From a virus, in the IMG/VR virus record IMGVR_UViG_3300012984_000012, positions 1 to 64,000 of that record: a stretch of 64,000 nt of DNA, one strand, 5' to 3'. Position numbers and translations under genes: made by a program. Under the pieces are notes generated by a model. It was not told where the DNA came from, made no database searches, and saw nothing but the letters and a program-made list of their open reading frames with translations. Positions 27,591 through 36,177 of this stretch are shown piece after piece (within the stretch, counting starts at the first letter, position 1; the number at the start of each line of letters is the position of its first letter).

Positions 27591-28379
27591 CTAACTATCA
27601 CTCACCAATACCACTTCGTAACCCAATGTTTCGGCCGCTCGAAGCTTCAGTTCGTCGTTCTCTGTCATGTTACCCTTGATCTCGAACAGGACGTTCTCTT
27701 CTAGCGCCTTGAAGTCTGGTAGGTAGCGATGCCATGAACCGTCAGCCTGTTGGTAGTCGATGACGATCCCATGTTGCTTGGTGACTGGGTAACCCTCCTG
27801 GATGCACTGCATCAGGAACGCTGTCTCCCACGACGAGTGCATGTACTCGGCCTGTCCCGTGAACGGGTTATCGACCCACATCTGCTTGAACGGAGCGCGA
27901 GGCCCGATCTTGTTGAGTTCGAGCAAGGCGATAGCACGAAGAGATGCTTCATCACGTCGCTGATGAGTTAGATCGGAATCTGAAGACCAGAAACGTTTCA
28001 TATTTTCAATAGCAAGTTTTCTTGACTCAAGCGTTACTCCTGACCATAACTGATCTTTCTTTTGACGAACAACATCAGGATGTTCCTTCATGTATCGTGT
28101 CATGTTGATACGATTTTTCTCACCAATACGACGTTTCTCATCGTCTGATTTCTTTCGTCCCCATGCATGATGTCCCAACACGAATTCAGCATATGCTTTC
28201 AAAGCAACGTTCCATGTCGTTTTTTTGCCACATCCACACTTGCAAAGAGGCTCAACACCTTCGTAAGTCCACTTTAATGAGTATTGTTGAAACGTCATCT
28301 CGTGTTTTCGTAGATGTCTTCTCATCTGTTCTGCGTCGTTAAACACATCACCACACTCTTTACACGTCCTATCTTCCAT
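27591..28379 (-). CDS. Free-standing homing-type endonuclease (C2H2 finger, CxCGC, NUMOD3-like, TnsA-like PD-(D/E)XK)
   Basis: CKEC...HLRKH, CKCGC, GRKKSDDEKRRIG, HSSWE...YLPDF...EIKG; AT-richer than its neighbours. Start moved to ATG 28379 because the track start lies in the capsid terminator. Confidence 0.8.
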   Translation of the reverse strand: MEDRTCKECGDVFNDAEQMRRHLRKHEMTFQQYSLKWTYEGVEPLCKCGCGKKTTWNVALKAYAEFVLGHHAWGRKKSDDEKRRIGEKNRINMTRYMKEHPDVVRQKKDQLWSGVTLESRKLAIENMKRFWSSDSDLTHQRRDEASLRAIALLELNKIGPRAPFKQMWVDNPFTGQAEYMHSSWETAFLMQCIQEGYPVTKQHGIVIDYQQADGSWHRYLPDFKALEENVLFEIKGNMTENDELKLRAAETLGYEVVLVSDS

Positions 28380-28419
28380 GTAATGATCTTCATCCCTTTG
28401 AGATGAATGTTTACTGACC

Positions 28420-28455
28420 AAAATCGCGAATGCCCAAGATTTCTCTTGGGCACTC
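28420..28455 (-). terminator. Stem-loop/terminator after the major capsid gene
   Basis: GAGTGCCCAAGA-GAAA-TCTTGGGCATTC, then GCGATTTT. Confidence 0.75.
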
Positions 28456-28484
28456 AAACTTTCTACTTCAGTTGACCTTCAACA

Positions 28485-30380
28485 TCAGATGATGTTCATG
28501 TCAAGAACTGTGACAGTTCCGTAAAAATCGCTGCGAACCATCTTCTTGCCGTAGCGGGTCATGACACCCTTACGTGGCGTGAAGTCTTCCGGAGCGAAGA
28601 TCGTCGGAGTGACGATCAACGGAACGTACGGGGCGTACACGTAGCCCGTCTCGAGGTAGCTGCCACCCTTGTAGCCAACGAGGATCTTGTTCCTTGCGAA
28701 GTAAGGATCCTTGTAGACTGTGAAGCGGTTCGACACGGTGCCGATCGCCTCTGCGCCGATGGTGAATGGAGAGCCGACCTGGCCTTCGCCATCGATCGAG
28801 TACTTCGGCTTGTAGAGCACGGAGCTTTCGAGGATGGTGCAAACGTCAGGGCTCGTCACCATGAAGTTCGCGGAGCCGCGGAGGGTCTTGCGGTGGATGG
28901 TGTTCGCCACGTCGATGACAGTCTCGACGAGGGTCTCGTACCACTCACGGACGGTGCCGGTGAACTGCGGGCCGATGCTCAAGGAGCTCGCCAGCTGCTG
29001 GGCGACGCCCGTCAGCTTGTTAACGAACTTGCCAGGTGCACGGCTCCAGTACATGACTGAACCGTTCGCTTGGGAGACGAGGTCACCCAAGATCTCGCGA
29101 TCGATCTCGAGAGCGATCTGCTCTGAGAGGATGCTCGTCAGCTCGACTTCAGCGTCCATCGAATGATAGGCGTTGAGGTCTTGTGCCAACTCAGGAGACC
29201 AACGAGCACGCAGCTTGCGGGTCGTGGCCGTGATGGCGAGTGACTCGATCTTGATGTCGATCTCTGGGATCGGAGGGGTTGGGTTCGTCCCAAAGTCCGA
29301 CTCGAAAGACGGGATCGTCAAGGTGGAACCAACGCCGCCGGCAGTGCCGTCAGTGGTGGTAACCGCATCAGCGATCGCCATCGAGAGGCGAGTCGTTGCG
29401 CCCAAAACCGGAGCCGTGCTAGCAGGAGTGATCCTGAAGACGACCTGGATGTGGGTGCCATTGAGAGGGGCGGGAGTGAAGGTCGAGCCGTTCCAGTTAC
29501 CGCGCTTGTTGAGGCGACGGAGGTTCAGGACGCCGCGGCCAGACTGGTAGGTCTCACCCCATTGTACTGCACCGTTCGTGGTGGCAACACCAAAGACAGA
29601 GAGCTGTTCGACGGCAAGGAAGTCGCCCTTCGGGATCAGCGCCGCGATCGTGGCCACGCTCAGGTGAGCGAAGGTCACGTCAAGGACGTTAAGACCGAGA
29701 TCGGCATCGATTTGCGGGTCGAATTGCAACATGCGACCGTTGGTGCCTGACATCTGACCAGAGTCAGAGATCACGAGGCCAGCAGACCACGTGTCACCAT
29801 TGATACCACCCCAAGCGCCGACTTCAGCGGTCGAGCCAGAGTATGCCATGGTGCCAGAGTGGACCTTGGTGAAACCAACGTTGACCAGGTCATACATGCC
29901 GCCAGTGGCCAAAGAGCCTGACTGGATGCCGCGACCGGCTGGGTTGTTGTAGATGGACTGACCACGGGTGTAGGTCTCAGCAGTGCCGTTGTCCAATTGG
30001 GTCGTGCCGACGGCAGAACCGTAGGTATAATCCAAGTAGAAGATCAGGCCTGACGGTAGCGACATCGGTTGGATCGAGACGAGCTCGTTCGCAACCAAAC
30101 CACCGAACACCCTGCGGACGATCGGGAAGGCGATGTTCGAGAAGCCCTGCACCTGACCAGAGGAAGCGACTGCGCCGCCGCCAGTGGACAGAGAGTTCGA
30201 CTCCTTGAGTACCTGGGCAGCTTGGTTCTCCAAGAGCTGCGACATGACCTCACGCTTGACGCCATCGAGGCCGCGGAGCAAGCCGGTGCGGCTCCACTTC
30301 TCAACGAGGCGTGCTCGTTCAGCTCCGACGTGGCGGTCCTTGATGCCGGCCGCGAGCTGCTCCATTGTAAAGAACTTCAT
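28485..30380 (-). CDS. Major capsid protein (T4 gp23-like)
   Basis: LLENQ, FPIVRRVF...SIQPM..PSGLIFYL, TRKLRARWSPELAQDLNAYH, EIDREI and YAPYVPL...FTPRKGVMTRYG; CAGGAG SD. Confidence 0.97.
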   Translation of the reverse strand: MKFFTMEQLAAGIKDRHVGAERARLVEKWSRTGLLRGLDGVKREVMSQLLENQAAQVLKESNSLSTGGGAVASSGQVQGFSNIAFPIVRRVFGGLVANELVSIQPMSLPSGLIFYLDYTYGSAVGTTQLDNGTAETYTRGQSIYNNPAGRGIQSGSLATGGMYDLVNVGFTKVHSGTMAYSGSTAEVGAWGGINGDTWSAGLVISDSGQMSGTNGRMLQFDPQIDADLGLNVLDVTFAHLSVATIAALIPKGDFLAVEQLSVFGVATTNGAVQWGETYQSGRGVLNLRRLNKRGNWNGSTFTPAPLNGTHIQVVFRITPASTAPVLGATTRLSMAIADAVTTTDGTAGGVGSTLTIPSFESDFGTNPTPPIPEIDIKIESLAITATTRKLRARWSPELAQDLNAYHSMDAEVELTSILSEQIALEIDREILGDLVSQANGSVMYWSRAPGKFVNKLTGVAQQLASSLSIGPQFTGTVREWYETLVETVIDVANTIHRKTLRGSANFMVTSPDVCTILESSVLYKPKYSIDGEGQVGSPFTIGAEAIGTVSNRFTVYKDPYFARNKILVGYKGGSYLETGYVYAPYVPLIVTPTIFAPEDFTPRKGVMTRYGKKMVRSDFYGTVTVLDMNII

Positions 30381-30428
30381 TTTAGTTTCTCCTGTGTCTT
30401 TCTAGTTGGTTTGGATCTGATCAGAGGC

Positions 30429-32390
30429 TCACTTGTTGATGCCAGCGAGCCTTGCCCAGCGCTCTGCCTCATAGCCCTCGTTCAAGGACTGGGTCGATGC
30501 CGGACGGGTTACCCTCGACGAGTTGCCGATGACCTTGCGATCACGGTTCTCATTGACGGTCTTTGACGTGTTTCCGAGGGTCCTTGCGAGACTCTCATAG
30601 ACGAGCTTGGCTTCCCTCACCGTCTTCGCCGTGTCGAGCTGCTCGATGACTTTCGCCTTCTGGCGAGAGGTGAGTGACTCGTTCTGGAGGAGCTTGTTGG
30701 TGAACAGTAGCTTCGCGTTGATCAGATTCGTTTCTGCCAACTTGTTGCGGAGAGATGCCTCGGTCTTGGACCCCGCTGACCGAGCAAGGCTGCCATTTTG
30801 GCGCTGCCCATTCTGAAGCCTGGCTTCTGCCATCAGCTTCTTGATCTTCTTGGAACGATCGACCGATTCGTTGAATCGGTTCGCGACCTGAGCGTACTCT
30901 TTCTTGAGAGCAGCTTCCTTCTTCAGGTCTTTCTTTGCACGTGCCTTTCGTACCTCGCTCTTCAAAGCGGCGGCACGGTTCTTGGCACGCTCTTGCAGGC
31001 GGGCCTCGAATGCCGAGCGGCGCTTCAGAGACTCGTGACGTACTGCTGGGTTGTCCTTGTCGGCCGACGGAACTGACGTTGCGCTGGCACCGAAGTCATC
31101 GCGGGTACGTTTGTCACCGATCTGATCCATCGGAGCATCGAACTCGTCGAGTTGGTCTTGTTCGTCCAACTCGTCAGACTCATCCATCTGGTCGTCAGAC
31201 TCGTCGAGCTCATCCAGCTCGTCAGCTTCATCCATCTCATCGGCCTCGCCGAGAGGAAGGGCTGCCTTGGCAGGCGACTTGTCAGCGATTGCGTGGGTGA
31301 TCGGCTCGCCGTCATCCTTTGCACCACCGAAATCATCGAACTCTTTGGGACCGACGCCGTTGCCATCGACAGAAGGAGTCGCCTCTTCGCGGAGCTTCCT
31401 CATACGGGCAATCTCACGACGCAACATCCCCTCGTCAATTTCGACCATCGTGTCGTCGCTCAGTCTACGGCTCTCACCCATGTTGTCCTCTTCTCCACCT
31501 TCATCACCACCCAAGTCCAAATCACCCAGGCCAGAATCATCTCCACCTTCGTCGCCCTCAGCGTCACCGAAAGCGTCATCGCCTTCACCGTCTTCTTCAC
31601 CAGTGATCAGGTCAACGCCGACCGACTCAAGGTCCATGTCGTCAGGAAGTCCAGTCAGTTTCAGCGTGACGTCTTCCTCGTTCATCATCTTCTTGTTCGT
31701 TCGTGACATTTTCGGCTCCTGGAGCTTGTTGAGTTCCCTAAAGTAAGATTCCAACTTGGTCTCGTATGAACTCTTCTTTGCAGGGTCGACCACCGATTCC
31801 TGCACGTAGTCATACATATCTTCCACTTTTGCAATCATCTCAGCGATTTGCGAGTGGAAACCAGCTGACTCCCTAACTAGGAGGCTAGCTTTCTTGAATT
31901 TTTCGATAGTCTCACCCAATCGGTAGACCTTCAATTCGAACTCTTTTGCAGCACTGACCTTCGTCGCCTTGAGGACGGGCGCTAGGGCTGCGATCGATTC
32001 GAGATTTAGTTCGTACTCTTCTCTAGGAAGGGGAGCACCCATCACCGGAGGAGCGACAGCAACGCCAGCCGGATCTGCACAAAGAGCATCAAGATCCAGT
32101 GTCACCTTACCCTCAGCGTCTGGGGGTGTGATGGCCGCAGCAGGGGTGACAGCATCAGCTGAAGGGGACGCCGTGACCAAGTCGGTCATGAGCTCACCCT
32201 CAGGTGGAACGCTGCCAGGAGCGCCTAGGTCATCGTCCATGTCACCGTGCTCACGCAACAGCTCACGTTCGATCATGTCCCGGATCCTGGGCGTCACTGC
32301 TTCAAGGATAGCACGCTGAGCGTTTGCCTCAGCAACTTCCTTCACTTTCTTGACGTCTGCTAGCGCCTCTTCGTAGAGTTGCTTTGTCAT
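30429..32390 (-). CDS. Prohead core/scaffold protein (gp22-like)
   Basis: Directly upstream of the capsid gene; acidic middle and coiled-coil C-terminus (NLINAKLLFTNKL...AKTVREAKLVYESL...RWARLAGI). Confidence 0.8.
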   Translation of the reverse strand: MTKQLYEEALADVKKVKEVAEANAQRAILEAVTPRIRDMIERELLREHGDMDDDLGAPGSVPPEGELMTDLVTASPSADAVTPAAAITPPDAEGKVTLDLDALCADPAGVAVAPPVMGAPLPREEYELNLESIAALAPVLKATKVSAAKEFELKVYRLGETIEKFKKASLLVRESAGFHSQIAEMIAKVEDMYDYVQESVVDPAKKSSYETKLESYFRELNKLQEPKMSRTNKKMMNEEDVTLKLTGLPDDMDLESVGVDLITGEEDGEGDDAFGDAEGDEGGDDSGLGDLDLGGDEGGEEDNMGESRRLSDDTMVEIDEGMLRREIARMRKLREEATPSVDGNGVGPKEFDDFGGAKDDGEPITHAIADKSPAKAALPLGEADEMDEADELDELDESDDQMDESDELDEQDQLDEFDAPMDQIGDKRTRDDFGASATSVPSADKDNPAVRHESLKRRSAFEARLQERAKNRAAALKSEVRKARAKKDLKKEAALKKEYAQVANRFNESVDRSKKIKKLMAEARLQNGQRQNGSLARSAGSKTEASLRNKLAETNLINAKLLFTNKLLQNESLTSRQKAKVIEQLDTAKTVREAKLVYESLARTLGNTSKTVNENRDRKVIGNSSRVTRPASTQSLNEGYEAERWARLAGINK

Positions 32391-32456
32391 GTTACTCGTT
32401 CCCTATGATCTCCAGGATAAGTATCAATCATTTTCACAAGTTCAAGCAGGGGCAAA

Positions 32457-32966
32457 TCAAACGTTTCCGCCTGAATCACCGAGCTTACCGTTCACACCAA
32501 GGATGCTTGCTGCAATGATCTTTGCGTTCGTAGCAGCAGGTGACTTGGTTCCTGTACCAGGAGCGCCAGGCACGTACGTTGGCTTCAGATCAACGACCTT
32601 GATCTCTGGATCAGTTGACTTGTCGCTTCCTTCTGTCTTACCTGGACCTGGAGACGTGATGTCAGGAGCATACGAGTTCGCTGGGTCACCAGCTGCCGTC
32701 CACTTGACGTCTTCTGTCTTCGGAGCGCCTGCAAAATTGAGATCGACGCCTTCAGGAAAGTAACTGAGGTCGCCCTTTTGGTGAGCTGGCGTCAACGCCG
32801 TTTTAGCGATCGCGACCACTGCCTCACGGGCGTCGTTCTCTTTTCCAACCAGGTCTTGCACGATTGGCTTCTCTGTTGCGTCACCACTGTGGAACAGCTT
32901 GTTCAACAACGTGTTCTTGTCGCTCGCTGGTGGTGCATATTGCGTGTACTTGCCTGTGCCTGACAT
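32457..32966 (-). CDS. Hypothetical head-region protein
   Basis: 169 aa, P/G/T-rich, AAGGA SD. Confidence 0.7.
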   Translation of the reverse strand: MSGTGKYTQYAPPASDKNTLLNKLFHSGDATEKPIVQDLVGKENDAREAVVAIAKTALTPAHQKGDLSYFPEGVDLNFAGAPKTEDVKWTAAGDPANSYAPDITSPGPGKTEGSDKSTDPEIKVVDLKPTYVPGAPGTGTKSPAATNAKIIAASILGVNGKLGDSGGNV

Positions 32967-33006
32967 GGTCTTGGTTCCTTCTGTTAGTACGTATTGTCGA
33001 AGACGA

Positions 33007-33270
33007 TCAGGCGACCTTCGTTGCGATCTTCTTCAAAACACGTTGCTTAGCCTCGCGGATCTTCTCGAGACGCTTGATCGTGCGTTTCTCTTCGATCTTC
33101 AGTGCTTTGACGTAGTCGATGTGCTTCTCCAACGCGTCAGCGTATTCGTCAGCATCGGTCTCTTCGGTCTTGTTAGCCTTCTTCTCGACGTCTTCCATGT
33201 CGCCGAAGTTAGCAACTTCTTCTTCAATGATCTGCCTGAGCAAGCTTGGTGTTAGTTTCTTGATCGCCAT
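33007..33270 (-). CDS. Hypothetical protein with N-terminal KKLTPSLLRQIIEEE motif
   Basis: GAGGG SD before MAIKK; TATTTA upstream. Confidence 0.75.
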   Translation of the reverse strand: MAIKKLTPSLLRQIIEEEVANFGDMEDVEKKANKTEETDADEYADALEKHIDYVKALKIEEKRTIKRLEKIREAKQRVLKKIATKVA

Positions 33271-33323
33271 TTGTGCACCCTCTCTAGTGATCGTGCTAGA
33301 CCTAAATAGGCAACACGACGAAC

Positions 33324-33788
33324 TTACGCTGTTTTCTTGGACGCTGGTTCCATAAAGGCTAGGTTCGCCCAACGTGAGGCCACCTCATCACCGAACACGT
33401 CCTCAGGGCTACCATTGAACTGTTCCTGTTGGACTGGTTTTGCAAAGCCTCCCGAGCCGCCTTCAGTAACGGGCCCGCTGTCTCCCGCCGCGAGCTGTGA
33501 AGGTAAGGTCGTCCGTGCTGTATCAGCAAAAATCGATTCCATGATGGGGTTACCCCCTGCTTCACGCTTGATGGCATCTTTGAGGGCCATCGTGGGGGCA
33601 CGACCAGGACTCACGGGAGCATCGAGCCGTGGATCATAGTCCTGTTTCATGCGGCGGGCCCTGTGTTCTGCAAACGTCGGAGGTTGTTTACGAATGGAAA
33701 GCTGCGGAATGTCGCCCAGTCCCTCGCTCAGGATCTCAAGCAGGCACTCTTTTACGATCGCTTTCAAATGGTCTCGTGACATTTTCAT
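33324..33788 (-). CDS. Hypothetical protein with N-terminal MKMSRDHLKAIVKECLLEILSE motif
   Basis: 154 aa ORF in the head module. Confidence 0.75.
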   Translation of the reverse strand: MKMSRDHLKAIVKECLLEILSEGLGDIPQLSIRKQPPTFAEHRARRMKQDYDPRLDAPVSPGRAPTMALKDAIKREAGGNPIMESIFADTARTTLPSQLAAGDSGPVTEGGSGGFAKPVQQEQFNGSPEDVFGDEVASRWANLAFMEPASKKTA

Positions 33789-33801
33789 GTTCGTTTACTC
33801 T

Positions 33802-34299
33802 CTAGCGTTTGGTTTGTAAGCTCTTGGTCGCACCGCGACGTGACAAAGGACCGACCCTATCAAACATCGTTACGCCAAGCAGGTGATCGATCTCATGCTG
33901 CACGATCCTCGCTTTGAGACCTGTGCACCTGATTAGCCTGATCGCTCCGTCGAGATCAAGGTATTCTACGTCGCAAGCGATAGGTCGAGAAACAGCTAAC
34001 AACGTACCTGGTAGCGACAGGCAGCCTTCTTTCACGAATTCACGCTCGGAAGAGACCCACTTCACCCTTGGATTAACAAGAGCAACGAACTCACTAGAGA
34101 CATCACCTGCTGATGGATCAACGAGAACGAGCCTTTGCGACAGTCCGATCTGGTTTGCTGCCAGACCGATGCCTTCCAAGGAGTACATCGTCTCAGCCAT
34201 GCGATCGACCAACGCCTTGAGCTCTTGTCCGAAGACGGTCACGTCATCGCACTGGCGACCCAAGATCGGATCTGGGTACTTGACGATGTCAAACATCAA
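33802..34299 (-). CDS. def: Peptide deformylase
   Basis: GIGLAANQ, EGCLS and QHEIDHL motifs intact. Confidence 0.95.
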   Translation of the reverse strand: MMFDIVKYPDPILGRQCDDVTVFGQELKALVDRMAETMYSLEGIGLAANQIGLSQRLVLVDPSAGDVSSEFVALVNPRVKWVSSEREFVKEGCLSLPGTLLAVSRPIACDVEYLDLDGAIRLIRCTGLKARIVQHEIDHLLGVTMFDRVGPLSRRGATKSLQTKR

Positions 34300-34306
34300 T
34301 TAATCA

Positions 34307-34705
34307 CTACCCAACACCCGTCCAACCAGCGCTGCCGTCAGGAAGGGTGCCTGACAGCACAGGCATCTGACGAGCGTCAATGTTTGTCAGACCCGCACAC
34401 AAGCTGTAATTTGGGGTCCCACCTTCACCTTGGATCCAAAGCTCTTTGACGCGTAGCTCTACGGTCACTACAGTGTTAGCTGGAACGATGAATTTGTTTG
34501 ATCCGATCGTGCCTGCTCTCGTAAAACCAAATGACATCGTAGATGCACCTTGATTTGAGACGGTGATCGTTCTACTGATTTTCGGAAAGTCCCAACGTTG
34601 TGGTGAGCCTGCTGCTGGCGCGACAGATGACGTGACCCACGGTAATGCTGAAGACTGAAACTCTGCTGCGTAGCCTAGGCCACCTCTTGGATTGTCAAAC
34701 GTCAT
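34307..34705 (-). CDS. Putative small virion (decoration-type) protein
   Basis: 132 aa, beta-rich, with VTSS and LSGT motifs, in the head module. Confidence 0.5.
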   Translation of the reverse strand: MTFDNPRGGLGYAAEFQSSALPWVTSSVAPAAGSPQRWDFPKISRTITVSNQGASTMSFGFTRAGTIGSNKFIVPANTVVTVELRVKELWIQGEGGTPNYSLCAGLTNIDARQMPVLSGTLPDGSAGWTGVG

Positions 34706-34709
34706 GTTA

Positions 34710-35315
34710 TCACTTCTTTCCTAACAGCTCGTTCAAGATCCGATCGATCCTGTCAGACTTAGAAAAAACCTTTCGCAACTCGCTCTCATCGATTTGCCTG
34801 CCTTCAGGAAGCATGAAGGCCCCGGGCGTGGAAGGTTCGCTAACGAAATCCCAACAGATCAGTTGGAAATCATCTTGGACGATGTAGTAATCGCCTTGCT
34901 TGCGTGTCGATCCGACGCCACGAGAGCTGATGCCCAGCTTGACGCCGTGTTCGATCAGACCTTTGAGAATTGCGCCAGAAGGCGTCTTGTCAAGGATCTC
35001 AACCGTCCCAAAGACCGTGCCGTTCTCGATGTACGCTTCTCGGATCACGTGTGAGGCGTTCTTCAGGTTGACCACAGAAGAGTCAGGGTGATCGAGTTCA
35101 CCCATGGCACGGTTCTCGATGATGAACTTTTGGTAGTTCCTGACCTCGCGATCCAAGACAGCATGCGGATAGATGCGTCCGTTCTGGTTTAGAGTGTCTG
35201 CCTTCTGCAGGATGCCCTTCATCAGGATCTTGCCAGTCTTTTCGACTGACTCCTTGATCATCTCGGGCGTGTACTCGAAGATCTCGTAAGAGTTCAGTAA
35301 CCTCATGTCAGTCAT
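34710..35315 (-). CDS. Prohead core protease (T4 gp21-like)
   Basis: NQNGRIYP, GELDHP, LGISSRGVGS and DFVSEPSTPGA. Confidence 0.95.
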   Translation of the reverse strand: MTDMRLLNSYEIFEYTPEMIKESVEKTGKILMKGILQKADTLNQNGRIYPHAVLDREVRNYQKFIIENRAMGELDHPDSSVVNLKNASHVIREAYIENGTVFGTVEILDKTPSGAILKGLIEHGVKLGISSRGVGSTRKQGDYYIVQDDFQLICWDFVSEPSTPGAFMLPEGRQIDESELRKVFSKSDRIDRILNELLGKK

Positions 35316-36177
35316 TGTCAGTCTCCTTCGAACCGAGCTCTGCGGATAGCTTGGTGTACAGCATGAACCTCGTCACCGTATCGTCATTGACGATCTCTAG
35401 CGTCTCAGTTTGAAGTTGGTCTCGCGCCTCGACAAGCTTCTTGTTGAGGTACTCGTTTTGAGGGTTAGCCTCGTTGTATGAAGCGATCGATGATAGCAGG
35501 GTGTCCCTGATCTCTGTCAGCTTGAGTTTGATCGATCCCGGATCATCATTGGCTGTCGAAAAAGCATATGCCCTGAACAGAGCCTTCTGCTCGTCATTCA
35601 GGATGCCAGAATATTTCTCGTTGAGCTTTTTCATCATCACCTTCATCAGAAGGCGGCTCTCGCCCGGAGACTCCTCGATCACCAGGCGCTCTGGTTCAAC
35701 TAAATTTTCAGTGGTCAAGCGTGCCATGAGTTGATCCTCGTACGAAGCCATACGCTCGAGGTCTGCATCACGTGAACGCCAATCATTCAAAAGCGTCTGA
35801 ACCGTCGCTAGGAAGCGATACTCTGAGACCTGCTGATCGTAGAAATTCTCATCATTGATCAAGTGGTTGATATCACGAATGAGCATCGACTTTTGCCTGT
35901 CGAGCTCCTTGACGTTGTGAGCTCGCGCGGCTGCTTTCGCCTCGTGTAAGATGTTGGCAGCGACAGCTTGAGAGCTAACCGTCGTCTTTCTCAACGCGTG
36001 GACGAGCCTGAATTCCTTGTATAGCTCAGTTCCTGGCTTGAAGTGACGGCGGAGGATGCGAAGGGCCTGTGATGAGTTCTTTTCGTTACCCTCGACGAGC
36101 GAACGTGAAATGGTGGTTACCAGGAACTCGTACAGCAACGCGGTATTGCGCTTTTTGTTGTGTGTCTTGCTACTCAT
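35308..36177 (-). CDS. Hypothetical protein between portal and protease
   Basis: Start MSSKTHNKKRNTALLYEFL overlaps the portal stop. Confidence 0.75.
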   Translation of the reverse strand: MSSKTHNKKRNTALLYEFLVTTISRSLVEGNEKNSSQALRILRRHFKPGTELYKEFRLVHALRKTTVSSQAVAANILHEAKAAARAHNVKELDRQKSMLIRDINHLINDENFYDQQVSEYRFLATVQTLLNDWRSRDADLERMASYEDQLMARLTTENLVEPERLVIEESPGESRLLMKVMMKKLNEKYSGILNDEQKALFRAYAFSTANDDPGSIKLKLTEIRDTLLSSIASYNEANPQNEYLNKKLVEARDQLQTETLEIVNDDTVTRFMLYTKLSAELGSKETDND

